Positions 29,804-38,853 of a stretch of DNA of 64,000 nucleotides are shown piece after piece. Source of the stretch: Candidatus Moraniibacteriota bacterium (GTDB lineage: Bacteria > Patescibacteriota > Minisyncoccia > Moranbacterales > UBA1568); the NCBI GenBank assembly GCA_028688415.1, contig JAQTYF010000001.1, positions 716,020-780,019 on the forward strand, read 5' to 3'. The translations under genes were made by a program, and so were the position numbers. The stretch's first letter is position 1, and the number at the start of each line of letters is the position of its first letter. The notes below the pieces were generated by a model, which saw nothing but the letters and a program-made list of their open reading frames with translations, did not search any database and was not told the origin of the DNA.

Positions 29804-29848
29804 TGCATGATGAGTGATAATTGATAAAGAAAGAATTGATAATAGATA

Positions 29849-30247
29849 ATGGATGATAAAAGAAAAATAATAAATAAGGATATGGAAGAAAAGATTAAAA
29901 AATTTCAAGACTTATTTGCATGGCAAGAAGCTCATAAATTAGCATTGTTAGTTTATACAATAAGTAAAGAATTTCCGAAAGAGGAGTTGTTTGCACTAAC
30001 AAATCAGATACGAAGGGCTGCAGTATCTATACCATCAAATATAGCTGAAGGATATGGAAGACCTAGCGGAAAAGATAGGGTTCACTTTTTTTGGATAGCA
30101 AAAGGTTCTCTCCTCGAGGTAGAAAGTCAGTTTCTTATTGCTAAAGATCTTGGGTATATAAAAAATCTTTCATCCGAAAAAATGTTTATTACACAACTTG
30201 AAAAATCAGATAAAATTCTTACTGGACTTATAAAGAAAACGAGGTAA
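29849..30247 (+). CDS. Four-helix-bundle protein (23S rRNA intervening-sequence protein family, TIGR02436-like)
   Basis: FAWQEAHKLALLVYTISKEFPKEELFALTNQIRRAAVSIPSNIAEG is the hallmark motif. Confidence 0.7.
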   Translation: MDDKRKIINKDMEEKIKKFQDLFAWQEAHKLALLVYTISKEFPKEELFALTNQIRRAAVSIPSNIAEGYGRPSGKDRVHFFWIAKGSLLEVESQFLIAKDLGYIKNLSSEKMFITQLEKSDKILTGLIKKTR

Positions 30248-30261
30248 CCCTCGTTTTTTTA
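30238..30261. terminator. Hairpin (aacgagg/cctcgtt) plus T-run overlapping the stop codon; possibly bidirectional with convergent uvrD
   Basis: aaaacgaggtaaccctcgttttttt. Confidence 0.5.
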
Positions 30262-30286
30262 TCTCTTATCATGCATCCCTCATCTA

Positions 30287-32536
30287 TTATCCTCTTCTAA
30301 GGGGTGCAACACCAAGCATCATTTTTTTGACACCAGAACGTTTGAAGGCGATCGTAGCAAGCGTCCCAGAAATAGAGACGATGAGTCCTCCACCGAACTG
30401 TGGGTGTTCTACCATATCTCCTGGACGGACATCATCTTTTCCGAGCGGTGGGGTATGATCCTGATTATTCACAGAGTTTCCAGTACTTTCCATTTTTGGA
30501 GTCACTTGCTTCTTGGTTGTCGGGAAATGATAGAATGATTTTTGTGCGTGCCGTTTGGCGAGCATCCCCGATGAGATACGCTCGAGTTCGAGGATGAGAT
30601 GTGGTGGTATTTCTTGCAAGAATCGGGAAGGAGGATTGACCTGTGTAGAGCCAAAAATCATCCGTTGTTCGGCATAGAGGAGATGTACTTTTTCTTTGGC
30701 ACGAGTGACACCGACGTACATGAGACGTCGCTCCTCTTCCATTTCTTGTGGGGCGAGTGCACTCCGAGAATGCGGAAATATCCCCTCTTCCATACCGAGC
30801 ATAAAGACAAAAGGAAATTCGAGTCCCTTGGAACTGTGCACCGTCATCAGATGAACGACATCACTTTCTTGGCTGATACCATCTGTATCAGAGGAGAGTG
30901 ATACTTCTTCGAGGAAACGATGAAGTGCATCAGTGAGTCCGATGTTGTCATATTTTTTCGCTACAGAAAGGAGTTCTTGCACGTTTTCCTGACGGACATC
31001 TCCTTCGGTCGTACCATCTGCCAAGCTACTCCAGTATCCACTTTCTTTACTGATTTTATCGAGCAGTTCTGGAAAGAGCATATCTGTCCGACGATCCATC
31101 TCGGCGCGTAGTTTGAGAAATATATCGACGAAGTCTCTGATGGATTTGATTTTTGCTTCTCGTAGTCCACTCGTTTCAAAAGTCATCTCATACGCTGCAT
31201 CAAAGAGATCGAGACCGTGCTCTCTTCCGAACTGTACCCATTTGTCGAGTGTCGCTTTGCCCAACCCTCTTGTTGGTTCATTGATGATTCTTTCCACTGC
31301 CAATATATCGCGAGGATTTTCGAGCAATCTCACATAGGCAATCATATCTTTGATTTCTTTGCGCTGGTAGAATTTCAGTCCGCCGACAACACGATACTCG
31401 ATAGAATGACGAAGGAACATTTCTTCCACGATACGGGATTGAGCATTCGTCCGATACAGAACGGCGAAATGACTATACGGGCGACCAGCAGTATGTTCTT
31501 TGGTCACTGTTTCCGCCACAAACCGCGCTTCTGCTTCTTCATCTTCCGCAGGACAGAGCGTGATCGGTTCTCCTGCTTTGATATCGGTCCAGAGTTTCTT
31601 GTGACGTTGATTGACGTTTTTGGAGATGATACCGTCGGCCGCATCGAGAATGATCTGCGTCGAACGATAATTACGATCCAGCGTGATGACGGCTGCATCC
31701 TGATAATCTTTCTCGAAGTTGAGGATATTTCGGATATCAGCCTGACGCCAACCATAGATTGACTGATAATCATCACCGATAACAAAAATATTACCGTGTT
31801 TTTTCGCGAGGAGATGGACGAGGAGGTACTGAGGATAGTTCGTATCTTGATACTCGTCTACCATGATGTACTGGAAAATCTGCTGATACTTCTCGAGTAC
31901 TTCCGGATGTTCCTGGAAGAGTTTGACGGTCAGCATGATGAGGTCGTCGAAATCCAGAGCATTCGTTCGTTTCAGCTCTTGTTCATAACGACTGTAGATT
32001 TTCGCGACGGTTTCTTCGATATAGCTCCCCGCCTGTGAGGTGAACTGCGAAGCATCCGAGAACGCATTCTTGGCACGGGAAATAGCATCAAGAACAGCTC
32101 GTGGACGGATCTGGTCAGGATTGATTTCCAGTTCCTTCATCGCTTTCTTCACGAGCGATTCCTGGTCTTGGCTGTCGAGAATATTGAAATTCTTCTCATA
32201 TCCGAGCGCTTCGATCTCTCGTCGCAAAATACGACAACAGATATTGTGAAACGTACCGATATATTGAGGAAGAACGACATCACCATATTCTGCCATGTCA
32301 CTTTCCTTTAAGAGTTTCTCGATGCGTTCGCGCATTTCTCCAGCAGCCTTGTTCGTAAACGTCACCGCGAGAATCGCATTCGGTGACACCTTTTTCTCAT
32401 TCATGAGGTAAGCGATACGATGGGTGAGTGTTTTTGTCTTCCCAGATCCCGCTCCTGCCAAGATAAGCACCGCTCCTTCGGTCGTGAGTACTGCTCGTAA
32501 TTGCTCAGGATTCAGCCCTTTTTCCCAAAATTTCAT
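30287..32536 (-). CDS. uvrD: ATP-dependent DNA helicase UvrD/PcrA family
   Basis: N-terminal LNPEQLRAVLTTEGAVLILAGAGSGKTKTLTHRIAYL, plus motifs VDEYQDTN, TFHN, RNYRST, VHSSKGLEF. Confidence 0.9.
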   Translation of the reverse strand: MKFWEKGLNPEQLRAVLTTEGAVLILAGAGSGKTKTLTHRIAYLMNEKKVSPNAILAVTFTNKAAGEMRERIEKLLKESDMAEYGDVVLPQYIGTFHNICCRILRREIEALGYEKNFNILDSQDQESLVKKAMKELEINPDQIRPRAVLDAISRAKNAFSDASQFTSQAGSYIEETVAKIYSRYEQELKRTNALDFDDLIMLTVKLFQEHPEVLEKYQQIFQYIMVDEYQDTNYPQYLLVHLLAKKHGNIFVIGDDYQSIYGWRQADIRNILNFEKDYQDAAVITLDRNYRSTQIILDAADGIISKNVNQRHKKLWTDIKAGEPITLCPAEDEEAEARFVAETVTKEHTAGRPYSHFAVLYRTNAQSRIVEEMFLRHSIEYRVVGGLKFYQRKEIKDMIAYVRLLENPRDILAVERIINEPTRGLGKATLDKWVQFGREHGLDLFDAAYEMTFETSGLREAKIKSIRDFVDIFLKLRAEMDRRTDMLFPELLDKISKESGYWSSLADGTTEGDVRQENVQELLSVAKKYDNIGLTDALHRFLEEVSLSSDTDGISQESDVVHLMTVHSSKGLEFPFVFMLGMEEGIFPHSRSALAPQEMEEERRLMYVGVTRAKEKVHLLYAEQRMIFGSTQVNPPSRFLQEIPPHLILELERISSGMLAKRHAQKSFYHFPTTKKQVTPKMESTGNSVNNQDHTPPLGKDDVRPGDMVEHPQFGGGLIVSISGTLATIAFKRSGVKKMMLGVAPLRRG

Positions 32537-32719
32537 ATAAAAGAGGATAATGGATACATGATAATTGATAAAAGATAAACAAGAGTCGAAGATAAAAAGG
32601 GATTGTTTTATTTTTCCCTATCACCTATCTCTTATCTTGCATCACTTATCTTTCTACATCTGAGTCATTCTAACATAATTTTCTCGAACACTCTATCTTC
32701 AAGAAGTATATGGTATTAT

Positions 32720-34360
32720 ATGAGTATGAAAAAAATACTGAGGAAGATAATTCAGACTATCGAGGATGCTCCGCTCACTCTTACTTCTTTTGTAGTGGCT
32801 TTTTTTGCGCTCATTGTTACCCGCCTCCTTATCGAGACTTCTTTTGGACTTTTTCAAGAACACTCCTTTTTCTTTTTCTTTTTTGAATTCACTCATACCT
32901 TCTTTTTTTTTCTCTGCTCATTCCTTCTGCTTGTATCTCTCGTTCGCTACGCTGGAAATATCAGCTTCGAAAAAGCTGCCAATGTCCTCTTGTTCGGTTT
33001 TCTCATCATTCTCACGCCACCGATTATTGATAACATCATTTTTCACGGCAGTCATTTCTGGAGTTTCTACGAATTCGATGGATTCATCGGACTTATCAAA
33101 CGATTCTTCACTCTCTTCGGAGATACACCCGATATGGGTATCACCTACGGTGTCCGTGTCGAGGTCGTCGTCGTCACTCTCGCTCTCGCTCTCTATACTT
33201 TCCTCAAATCACAGAGCAAGAAAAAAGCGTTCATCGTTGCGCTCCTCACCTATACCGCGCTCTTCATTCTCGGCACCTTCCCAGCTTGGCTCACACTCGG
33301 TATCCTCAGTTTCGAAAAAGGATTTTTTGCCATCAATCAGAACGATGTAGCCGGACTCTTCCTCACACCACAGTATATCTTTGCTCGTGACCTGACAGAT
33401 TTTCGGAGCGTACTGAATGTGAAAATGAGTATGGTCTATAGCGTGATGAGTGCGTTTCTCGTAGGTCTCCTTCTCTACAGAGAATATACACAATACTTTT
33501 TTGCACTCTTGAGAAACGTCCGTCTCCCACAGGTTTTCTATCACGGTGGATTGCTCGTTCTCGGTATGATCCTTGCCTTCTTCCTCACCGAAACACCTTT
33601 CTCTATTGATTTCTTCCACATCACCGGAACAATCACACTCATTATCGCTATCGAGAGTGCATGGATCGCTTCTGTCATTGCCAATGATTGTTTCGACATG
33701 AATATAGATACTGTTACCAATAGTGATCGACCTCTGATACAAAAAACCATCCCTACAGAACTCTATAAAACAATGGGTATCTTGTTTTTCATCACTTCAC
33801 TTCTCTTCGCTGGTATTGTCAGTTTCTCCGCTCTTCTCTTGCTCCTCGGATACCAATCCATCGCCTGGCTCTATTCAGCTCCACCGCTTCGGCTGAAACG
33901 ATTCCCTTTTATTGCGACTTTGTTTGCTGGTTTTGCTGGTATTCTCATTCTTATCACAGGATTTGTCGTTGTTGCCGGAGCAAGCGGACTCGCATCACTG
34001 CCGATGTCCATTCTCTTCTACCTCTTCTTTGCTTACACGCTCGTTCTTCCTATCAAAGATTTCAAAGACATCGCCGGTGATAAAAAAGACTTTGTCTATA
34101 CAATTCCTGTCTTGCTCGGTGCTAAAAAAGCCCAGATACTTCTCGGGAGTACCACTTTTTTGTTTTATATATTCAGCACGATTATCCTCAATGCAAGGTC
34201 CCTTTTCTTCCCAGCACTCTTTTTTGGTAGTCTCGCTTTCTGGACCATACAAAAAGGAGAAGAAAAAAATACATCTTTCTTCTCCTTCCGTAAATTGCCT
34301 GGCATCCTCGTAACTCTCACTCTTTGTTACGGAATTACTCTAACACTTCTTCTTTTCTAA
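32720..34360 (+). CDS. Polytopic membrane protein with a C-terminal UbiA-family prenyltransferase-like domain and an N-terminal ~300-aa multi-TM extension
   Basis: NDCFDMNIDTVTNSDRP matches the UbiA NDxxDxxxD motif, and there is a second Asp-rich region KDFKDIAGDKKD. Start moved to the ATG at 32720 (MSMKKILRK). Confidence 0.6.
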   Translation: MSMKKILRKIIQTIEDAPLTLTSFVVAFFALIVTRLLIETSFGLFQEHSFFFFFFEFTHTFFFFLCSFLLLVSLVRYAGNISFEKAANVLLFGFLIILTPPIIDNIIFHGSHFWSFYEFDGFIGLIKRFFTLFGDTPDMGITYGVRVEVVVVTLALALYTFLKSQSKKKAFIVALLTYTALFILGTFPAWLTLGILSFEKGFFAINQNDVAGLFLTPQYIFARDLTDFRSVLNVKMSMVYSVMSAFLVGLLLYREYTQYFFALLRNVRLPQVFYHGGLLVLGMILAFFLTETPFSIDFFHITGTITLIIAIESAWIASVIANDCFDMNIDTVTNSDRPLIQKTIPTELYKTMGILFFITSLLFAGIVSFSALLLLLGYQSIAWLYSAPPLRLKRFPFIATLFAGFAGILILITGFVVVAGASGLASLPMSILFYLFFAYTLVLPIKDFKDIAGDKKDFVYTIPVLLGAKKAQILLGSTTFLFYIFSTIILNARSLFFPALFFGSLAFWTIQKGEEKNTSFFSFRKLPGILVTLTLCYGITLTLLLF

Positions 34361-35148
34361 AGTATTTTTTCTAAATTTTCCCAATTCTCGACAGACAATG
34401 CCTGCGCACGGATATCGATTCGCAGACCAAGCTCTACGAGTTTAGATTCAATAGTTTCCTTGGGGATACCGAGACTCGACGAGAGATTGTTCGTCAGTGT
34501 TTTCCTTCGTGCAGAGAATCCTGCTCGAGCAAGTCTGAATACTTTTCGATCTTCTTCAGCATCATACGCTCTTCTTGGAATAATCTGAATTACCGCACTA
34601 TCTACTTTCGGCACTGGTTCAAAAGATTCTTTGGGCACAAACAATTTCTTTTCTACGGTCGCGTAATACTGTGCCATGAGTGAGAGGAGGCTCATATCTC
34701 CTGGCTTAGCAGAGAGACGATCAGCTACTTCATTCTGCACCATGAGTGTCATCGATACTGGTGGATAGGTTAGAGAGAGGAGCGTGCGAATAATAGGAGC
34801 TGTGATGTAGTAGGGAATGTTCGCAATAATTTTATACGGATGTTCTGAGAATTGAGTTTCTTCCAAAACTTCTTTCAGGTTCATATCGAGAATATTTCCC
34901 TCAAGTAAAGAGAGTTCTTTGGAATTTTTGTACTCTTCTTGGAGATGTGTAATGAGCTCGTGATCGAGTTCGATAGCAATTATTTTCTCCACCATACCTA
35001 CTAACCGAGAAGTCAGCACTCCTGTACCGGGGCCGATTTCAAAAACCCAATCAGTGGACTTTGCATCAGCAATGGTAAAAATATTTGCAATAACAGATTC
35101 ATCTTTAAGAAAGTTTTGTCCCAGTGATTTTTTCGCTTTTATTTGCAT
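34357..35148 (-). CDS. rsmA: 16S rRNA (adenine1518/1519-N6)-dimethyltransferase
   Basis: KKSLGQNFLKD and FEIGPGTGVLT motifs. Confidence 0.85.
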   Translation of the reverse strand: MQIKAKKSLGQNFLKDESVIANIFTIADAKSTDWVFEIGPGTGVLTSRLVGMVEKIIAIELDHELITHLQEEYKNSKELSLLEGNILDMNLKEVLEETQFSEHPYKIIANIPYYITAPIIRTLLSLTYPPVSMTLMVQNEVADRLSAKPGDMSLLSLMAQYYATVEKKLFVPKESFEPVPKVDSAVIQIIPRRAYDAEEDRKVFRLARAGFSARRKTLTNNLSSSLGIPKETIESKLVELGLRIDIRAQALSVENWENLEKIL

Positions 35149-35222
35149 AAATATTTGCAGTATCAGATATATGAAACTTGAAGGAGTATCATATCAGATA
35201 TTTCCTAAAAAACACAACTTTT

Positions 35223-36422
35223 TTATTTGTATCGAAGCGCTTCGAGAGGATCGATTTTACTCGCTCGTCTCGCTGGCACGAGCGCTGTGAGAAATCCGAC
35301 AAAAGCACCGAAGACAATAATAAGAGCGATAAACCATGTCGGAGTGAAAAAAAGGTTAACAGAAGAACCACCGAGCCTCACTGCGAGAAAATTAATAGCG
35401 ATGTTGAGTCCTGCTCCTCCGACAATACCAAGTACCACTCCCCCCAGGCCCCCGAGGAATCCCATGATAATAGATTCCCACAAAAAAAGAGTGGAGATGG
35501 TCATATCAGAAGCTCCGATAGATTTCATAATACCAATCTCTTCGGTACGTTCCATAAGCGTGATCGTCATTGTATTGAACATTCCGATAGCTGATACTAC
35601 GAGAGCAACGATACCAAAACTCATCAATACAATTTGTACAATAGAGAAAATTTTATTTGCCTGATCAATCGTATCAGAAAGAGATGAAACAAGAAGTCCT
35701 TCACCAACAATTTTCTCTCGTACTGATTCCATTACATTACTTGAGGCACATTTGACTTTGAGTTGTGAATAATGTTCGACAGCATTCTCTGGAAAAGAGA
35801 CAGAATGAACATATATGATATTTTCCTCACTCGGTATCACTCCGATGACTGTGTAAGAATGTTCTGATTCTATTTTTTCCAATTTATCCTGCACATCGTC
35901 TTTAGTAGCTCGAGAAACGAAAAAGGTTAACTCTATCGGTGTATCAATGATACTCGCACCATCTTTTTCAAAAACCGTCGCTAATGCAGAAGAAATAAGG
36001 ATGCCTCGAGGGGTCGCGTCGTTGATCATTGATCCTTTCTCGAGACGAGTACCACTGAGTTTCATAAACATGGGCGTGGTACCGATGACTGTTAGATCAA
36101 GCGACACTCCATTGATGAGTCCCTGTGCGGTCAATCGAGAAGAAGGACTCACCTCTACCACTCCTTCGAAAGCCGTGATTCTTTCTATGCGTTCTTGATC
36201 GATTGGTACGAATGTTGCATTGGCCTCAGTCACATCGAGTGTCACAAGAGAATCATCAGTTGTGATACGATCGAGAAGTGCTTTCTGAAGTCCATACCCG
36301 AGAGAAACAAGAAAGAGTACTGCTCCGATACCGACACTCATACCAAGAATCGTCAAAGCTGTTCGCATCTTGCGAGCCTTGAACATACGGGTTGAGAGAG
36401 TGAAAGCATCAGAGAACTTCAT
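35223..36422 (-). CDS. ABC transporter permease, FtsX/MacB-like (paralog of 10731..11927)
   Basis: Same architecture and about 50% aa identity to the first permease (MKFSDAFTLSTRMFKARKMRTALTILGMSVGIGAVLFLVSLGYGLQ). Confidence 0.8.
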   Translation of the reverse strand: MKFSDAFTLSTRMFKARKMRTALTILGMSVGIGAVLFLVSLGYGLQKALLDRITTDDSLVTLDVTEANATFVPIDQERIERITAFEGVVEVSPSSRLTAQGLINGVSLDLTVIGTTPMFMKLSGTRLEKGSMINDATPRGILISSALATVFEKDGASIIDTPIELTFFVSRATKDDVQDKLEKIESEHSYTVIGVIPSEENIIYVHSVSFPENAVEHYSQLKVKCASSNVMESVREKIVGEGLLVSSLSDTIDQANKIFSIVQIVLMSFGIVALVVSAIGMFNTMTITLMERTEEIGIMKSIGASDMTISTLFLWESIIMGFLGGLGGVVLGIVGGAGLNIAINFLAVRLGGSSVNLFFTPTWFIALIIVFGAFVGFLTALVPARRASKIDPLEALRYK

Positions 36423-36437
36423 ACATCACATCGTTTA

Positions 36438-37760
36438 TTAATACTTGATAAGTAAAAGCATTTCCACTTCTTGAGCAATTCTTTCTGCAGTAAATCGATG
36501 AAGTCCCATACCTTCTTTGGCTACTGGGAGATCGAGAAGATGGAGTAATCCAGTATGATCGATTTTATTTTCTGTACGTTGTTTCAGAATTGTGTAGAAT
36601 CGAGACTGTTGTTCTTCGTTCAACACAAGCGAAAAATGTGACGTGAGATATTCACCGAGAGATTCTGTCGCATGCAAAGGAAGCTCTTTCATCTTTCTCG
36701 CTTGATCTACGAGTCCGGCAACACGTTCCGAGAACGAATAGGCACGACGTACATTCCAGTTTGCTCCTCCTTCTAGAAACGGGGCATCGAGCATTTGTGC
36801 TAATTCTTCCTGTTTGATGCTATTAAAAAGATATTCTTTAAGAAATCCTTCAGTGATTTTGACCTGCTCTTCGGTAATTTCTGAAAGAATATGAAACATC
36901 ATCTGCTTTACCTTGTAAGGAACAAGCAATGCCGACACCTGGTCTTGAGGCATATTCTGAAAACTACGGAGCAGCATTTCAAGCTCTGGAGAACGTTTGG
37001 CAGCCTCAAGTTTTTCCGCCTCAAGTTTGGCATTTGCATCGACAGCGTGTGTAATGTTTCGTTTTTCTTTGTGTACTTCTTCTCGGAGGATCTTCCCATC
37101 CTTCATGAAGATATTCCGGTCTCCATATTGGAGGTGATTCGGCTCATGTGTCACGAGGACGATAGTCTTCTTATCTACTTCATTTAACTCTTTGAGAATT
37201 GCCAGCACGTTTTCTGCGGAGGCGCTATCGAGGTTTCCGACTGGTTCATCGGCAAAAATGATATCTGGTTTGTTGATAAGTGAACGTGCAATAGAGGCAC
37301 GTTGTTTTTGTCCACCAGACAATTCGCTCGGGAATTTGAATGCTTGTTCGAGAATGCCAAAACGCTTCAGAAGTTGCATTCCTTCTTCGTGTCGTGTTTT
37401 CTTGTCTTCATTGCGGAACAATTTTGGAAGACAGATATTATCAATGATGGTGAGGGATGGGATAAGGAAGAAAGCCTGAAAAATCATTCCCATACCCAAT
37501 TGGTGATAAAGCAATTTGTCTTTCTTCGTCATCTGAGAGAATGCTTTTCCATTGAACAATATCTCACCAGATGTCGGAGCCTGGAGTGCTGCGAGTGAAT
37601 ACAGCAGGGTCGACTTGCCACAACCAGATGGACCAAAAACAATCACGTATTCTTCTGGATAAATATCCAAACTCACCCCCTGAAGTGAACGCATTTCGTT
37701 CTGCTTTCCTTGGTTGTATGTCACATTCAAATTTTCGACGTGCAGTAATGATTCGTTCAT
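36438..37760 (-). CDS. ABC transporter ATP-binding protein (paralog of 9422..10726) with the same conserved C-terminal extension
   Basis: GPSGCGKSTLLYSL, LSGGQKQRASIARSL, IIFADEPVGNLD. C-terminal region LLVPYKVKQMMFHILSEITEEQVKITEGFLKEYLF aligns with the first copy. Confidence 0.85.
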   Translation of the reverse strand: MNESLLHVENLNVTYNQGKQNEMRSLQGVSLDIYPEEYVIVFGPSGCGKSTLLYSLAALQAPTSGEILFNGKAFSQMTKKDKLLYHQLGMGMIFQAFFLIPSLTIIDNICLPKLFRNEDKKTRHEEGMQLLKRFGILEQAFKFPSELSGGQKQRASIARSLINKPDIIFADEPVGNLDSASAENVLAILKELNEVDKKTIVLVTHEPNHLQYGDRNIFMKDGKILREEVHKEKRNITHAVDANAKLEAEKLEAAKRSPELEMLLRSFQNMPQDQVSALLVPYKVKQMMFHILSEITEEQVKITEGFLKEYLFNSIKQEELAQMLDAPFLEGGANWNVRRAYSFSERVAGLVDQARKMKELPLHATESLGEYLTSHFSLVLNEEQQSRFYTILKQRTENKIDHTGLLHLLDLPVAKEGMGLHRFTAERIAQEVEMLLLIKY

Positions 37761-37854
37761 TTTTTACTCAGGAAGTATAACTCTTGTCTAGTATATCGTA
37801 TCGTCATTCATCCCACAACCTACAATCAATCAAAAGGATGTCTTTTCTTATCAA

Positions 37855-38841
37855 TCAATTGACGATCTCTTCCATTTTGACATTGATGACGCCCGCTCCG
37901 AGAGAAGCTATTTTCGCAAAAGCAACCTTATCGAGATCGATGATACGACCTGGCACAAAAGGTCCGCGATCATTGATTTTTACGATAACGCTTTTTCCAT
38001 TATCGACATTCGTTACTTTTACGAATGATCCTTTGGGAAGCCAGGGATTGGCAGCTGCCATCGTCCCTGTCCAGGCGTACCACGATGCTCCCCCTGTATG
38101 ACTTTTCCCAAGTTTGACCATAGTTCCTTGTGTTGTGATTTCTGGAACTGGTTCTTTGATAATCTCTGTATCAAGCAGTTTCCTATTTACCTCTTTATCA
38201 TCATATTTACTGATTCTGTACGTGAGTTTTTTCATACCATCTTCTCCTTTCTGCGTAACAATATTTTTCCGCCACGAAAGAGTTTCGTCTTCATTGACTT
38301 TCTTTTCAAAAGGGATCGCTTTTTCGACAACTCTTTCTTCGATTACTACCCGCGTAACAACAACACTGATACCACTGCCTATCAGTGTCTCTCGACTCGG
38401 TTTCACAATATCATCAGCGTCTATCACAAAGATACTCTCATCAAGAGCCTGGCCCACTGTAAGCGCTTGTGTGTGCAGTATATTTTCACTCCCATCCACC
38501 ATCACTTTTATCGTATGTGCTCGTGCAACAAAAATATATGATCCGGAAAAAATTTTTGTATTTTCATCTGGGAAGACACTATCCCCTTCTTGAAGTGAGA
38601 GTTTTTCTGTTTCAAGAAATTCTTTCACCGTTTCTTCTGAAACATCTGAAAAGGAATAATGAAACCCCTCATCAATAAGGACAACTTTTTTTAATTTATA
38701 GGTATCCCATCCCTCTAATACTGGCTCTTTCAAAAAATCATTGTACCAAAAAATCAAAAATGTACCTATGATAAAAAAAGAGAGAAAGATCCACTTTTTC
38801 CTCTTATTTTCTCTTTTTTTTGTTCTTGTATTCCGATACAT
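37855..38841 (-). CDS. RlpA-like double-psi beta-barrel domain protein (septal-ring lytic-transglycosylase-like), membrane anchored
   Basis: C-terminal GGASWYAWTG...IVKINDRGPFVPGRIIDLDKVAFAKI matches the RlpA/DPBB signature. N-terminal TM. Confidence 0.65.
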   Translation of the reverse strand: MYRNTRTKKRENKRKKWIFLSFFIIGTFLIFWYNDFLKEPVLEGWDTYKLKKVVLIDEGFHYSFSDVSEETVKEFLETEKLSLQEGDSVFPDENTKIFSGSYIFVARAHTIKVMVDGSENILHTQALTVGQALDESIFVIDADDIVKPSRETLIGSGISVVVTRVVIEERVVEKAIPFEKKVNEDETLSWRKNIVTQKGEDGMKKLTYRISKYDDKEVNRKLLDTEIIKEPVPEITTQGTMVKLGKSHTGGASWYAWTGTMAAANPWLPKGSFVKVTNVDNGKSVIVKINDRGPFVPGRIIDLDKVAFAKIASLGAGVINVKMEEIVN

Positions 38842-38853
38842 ACGTACTTTTCT

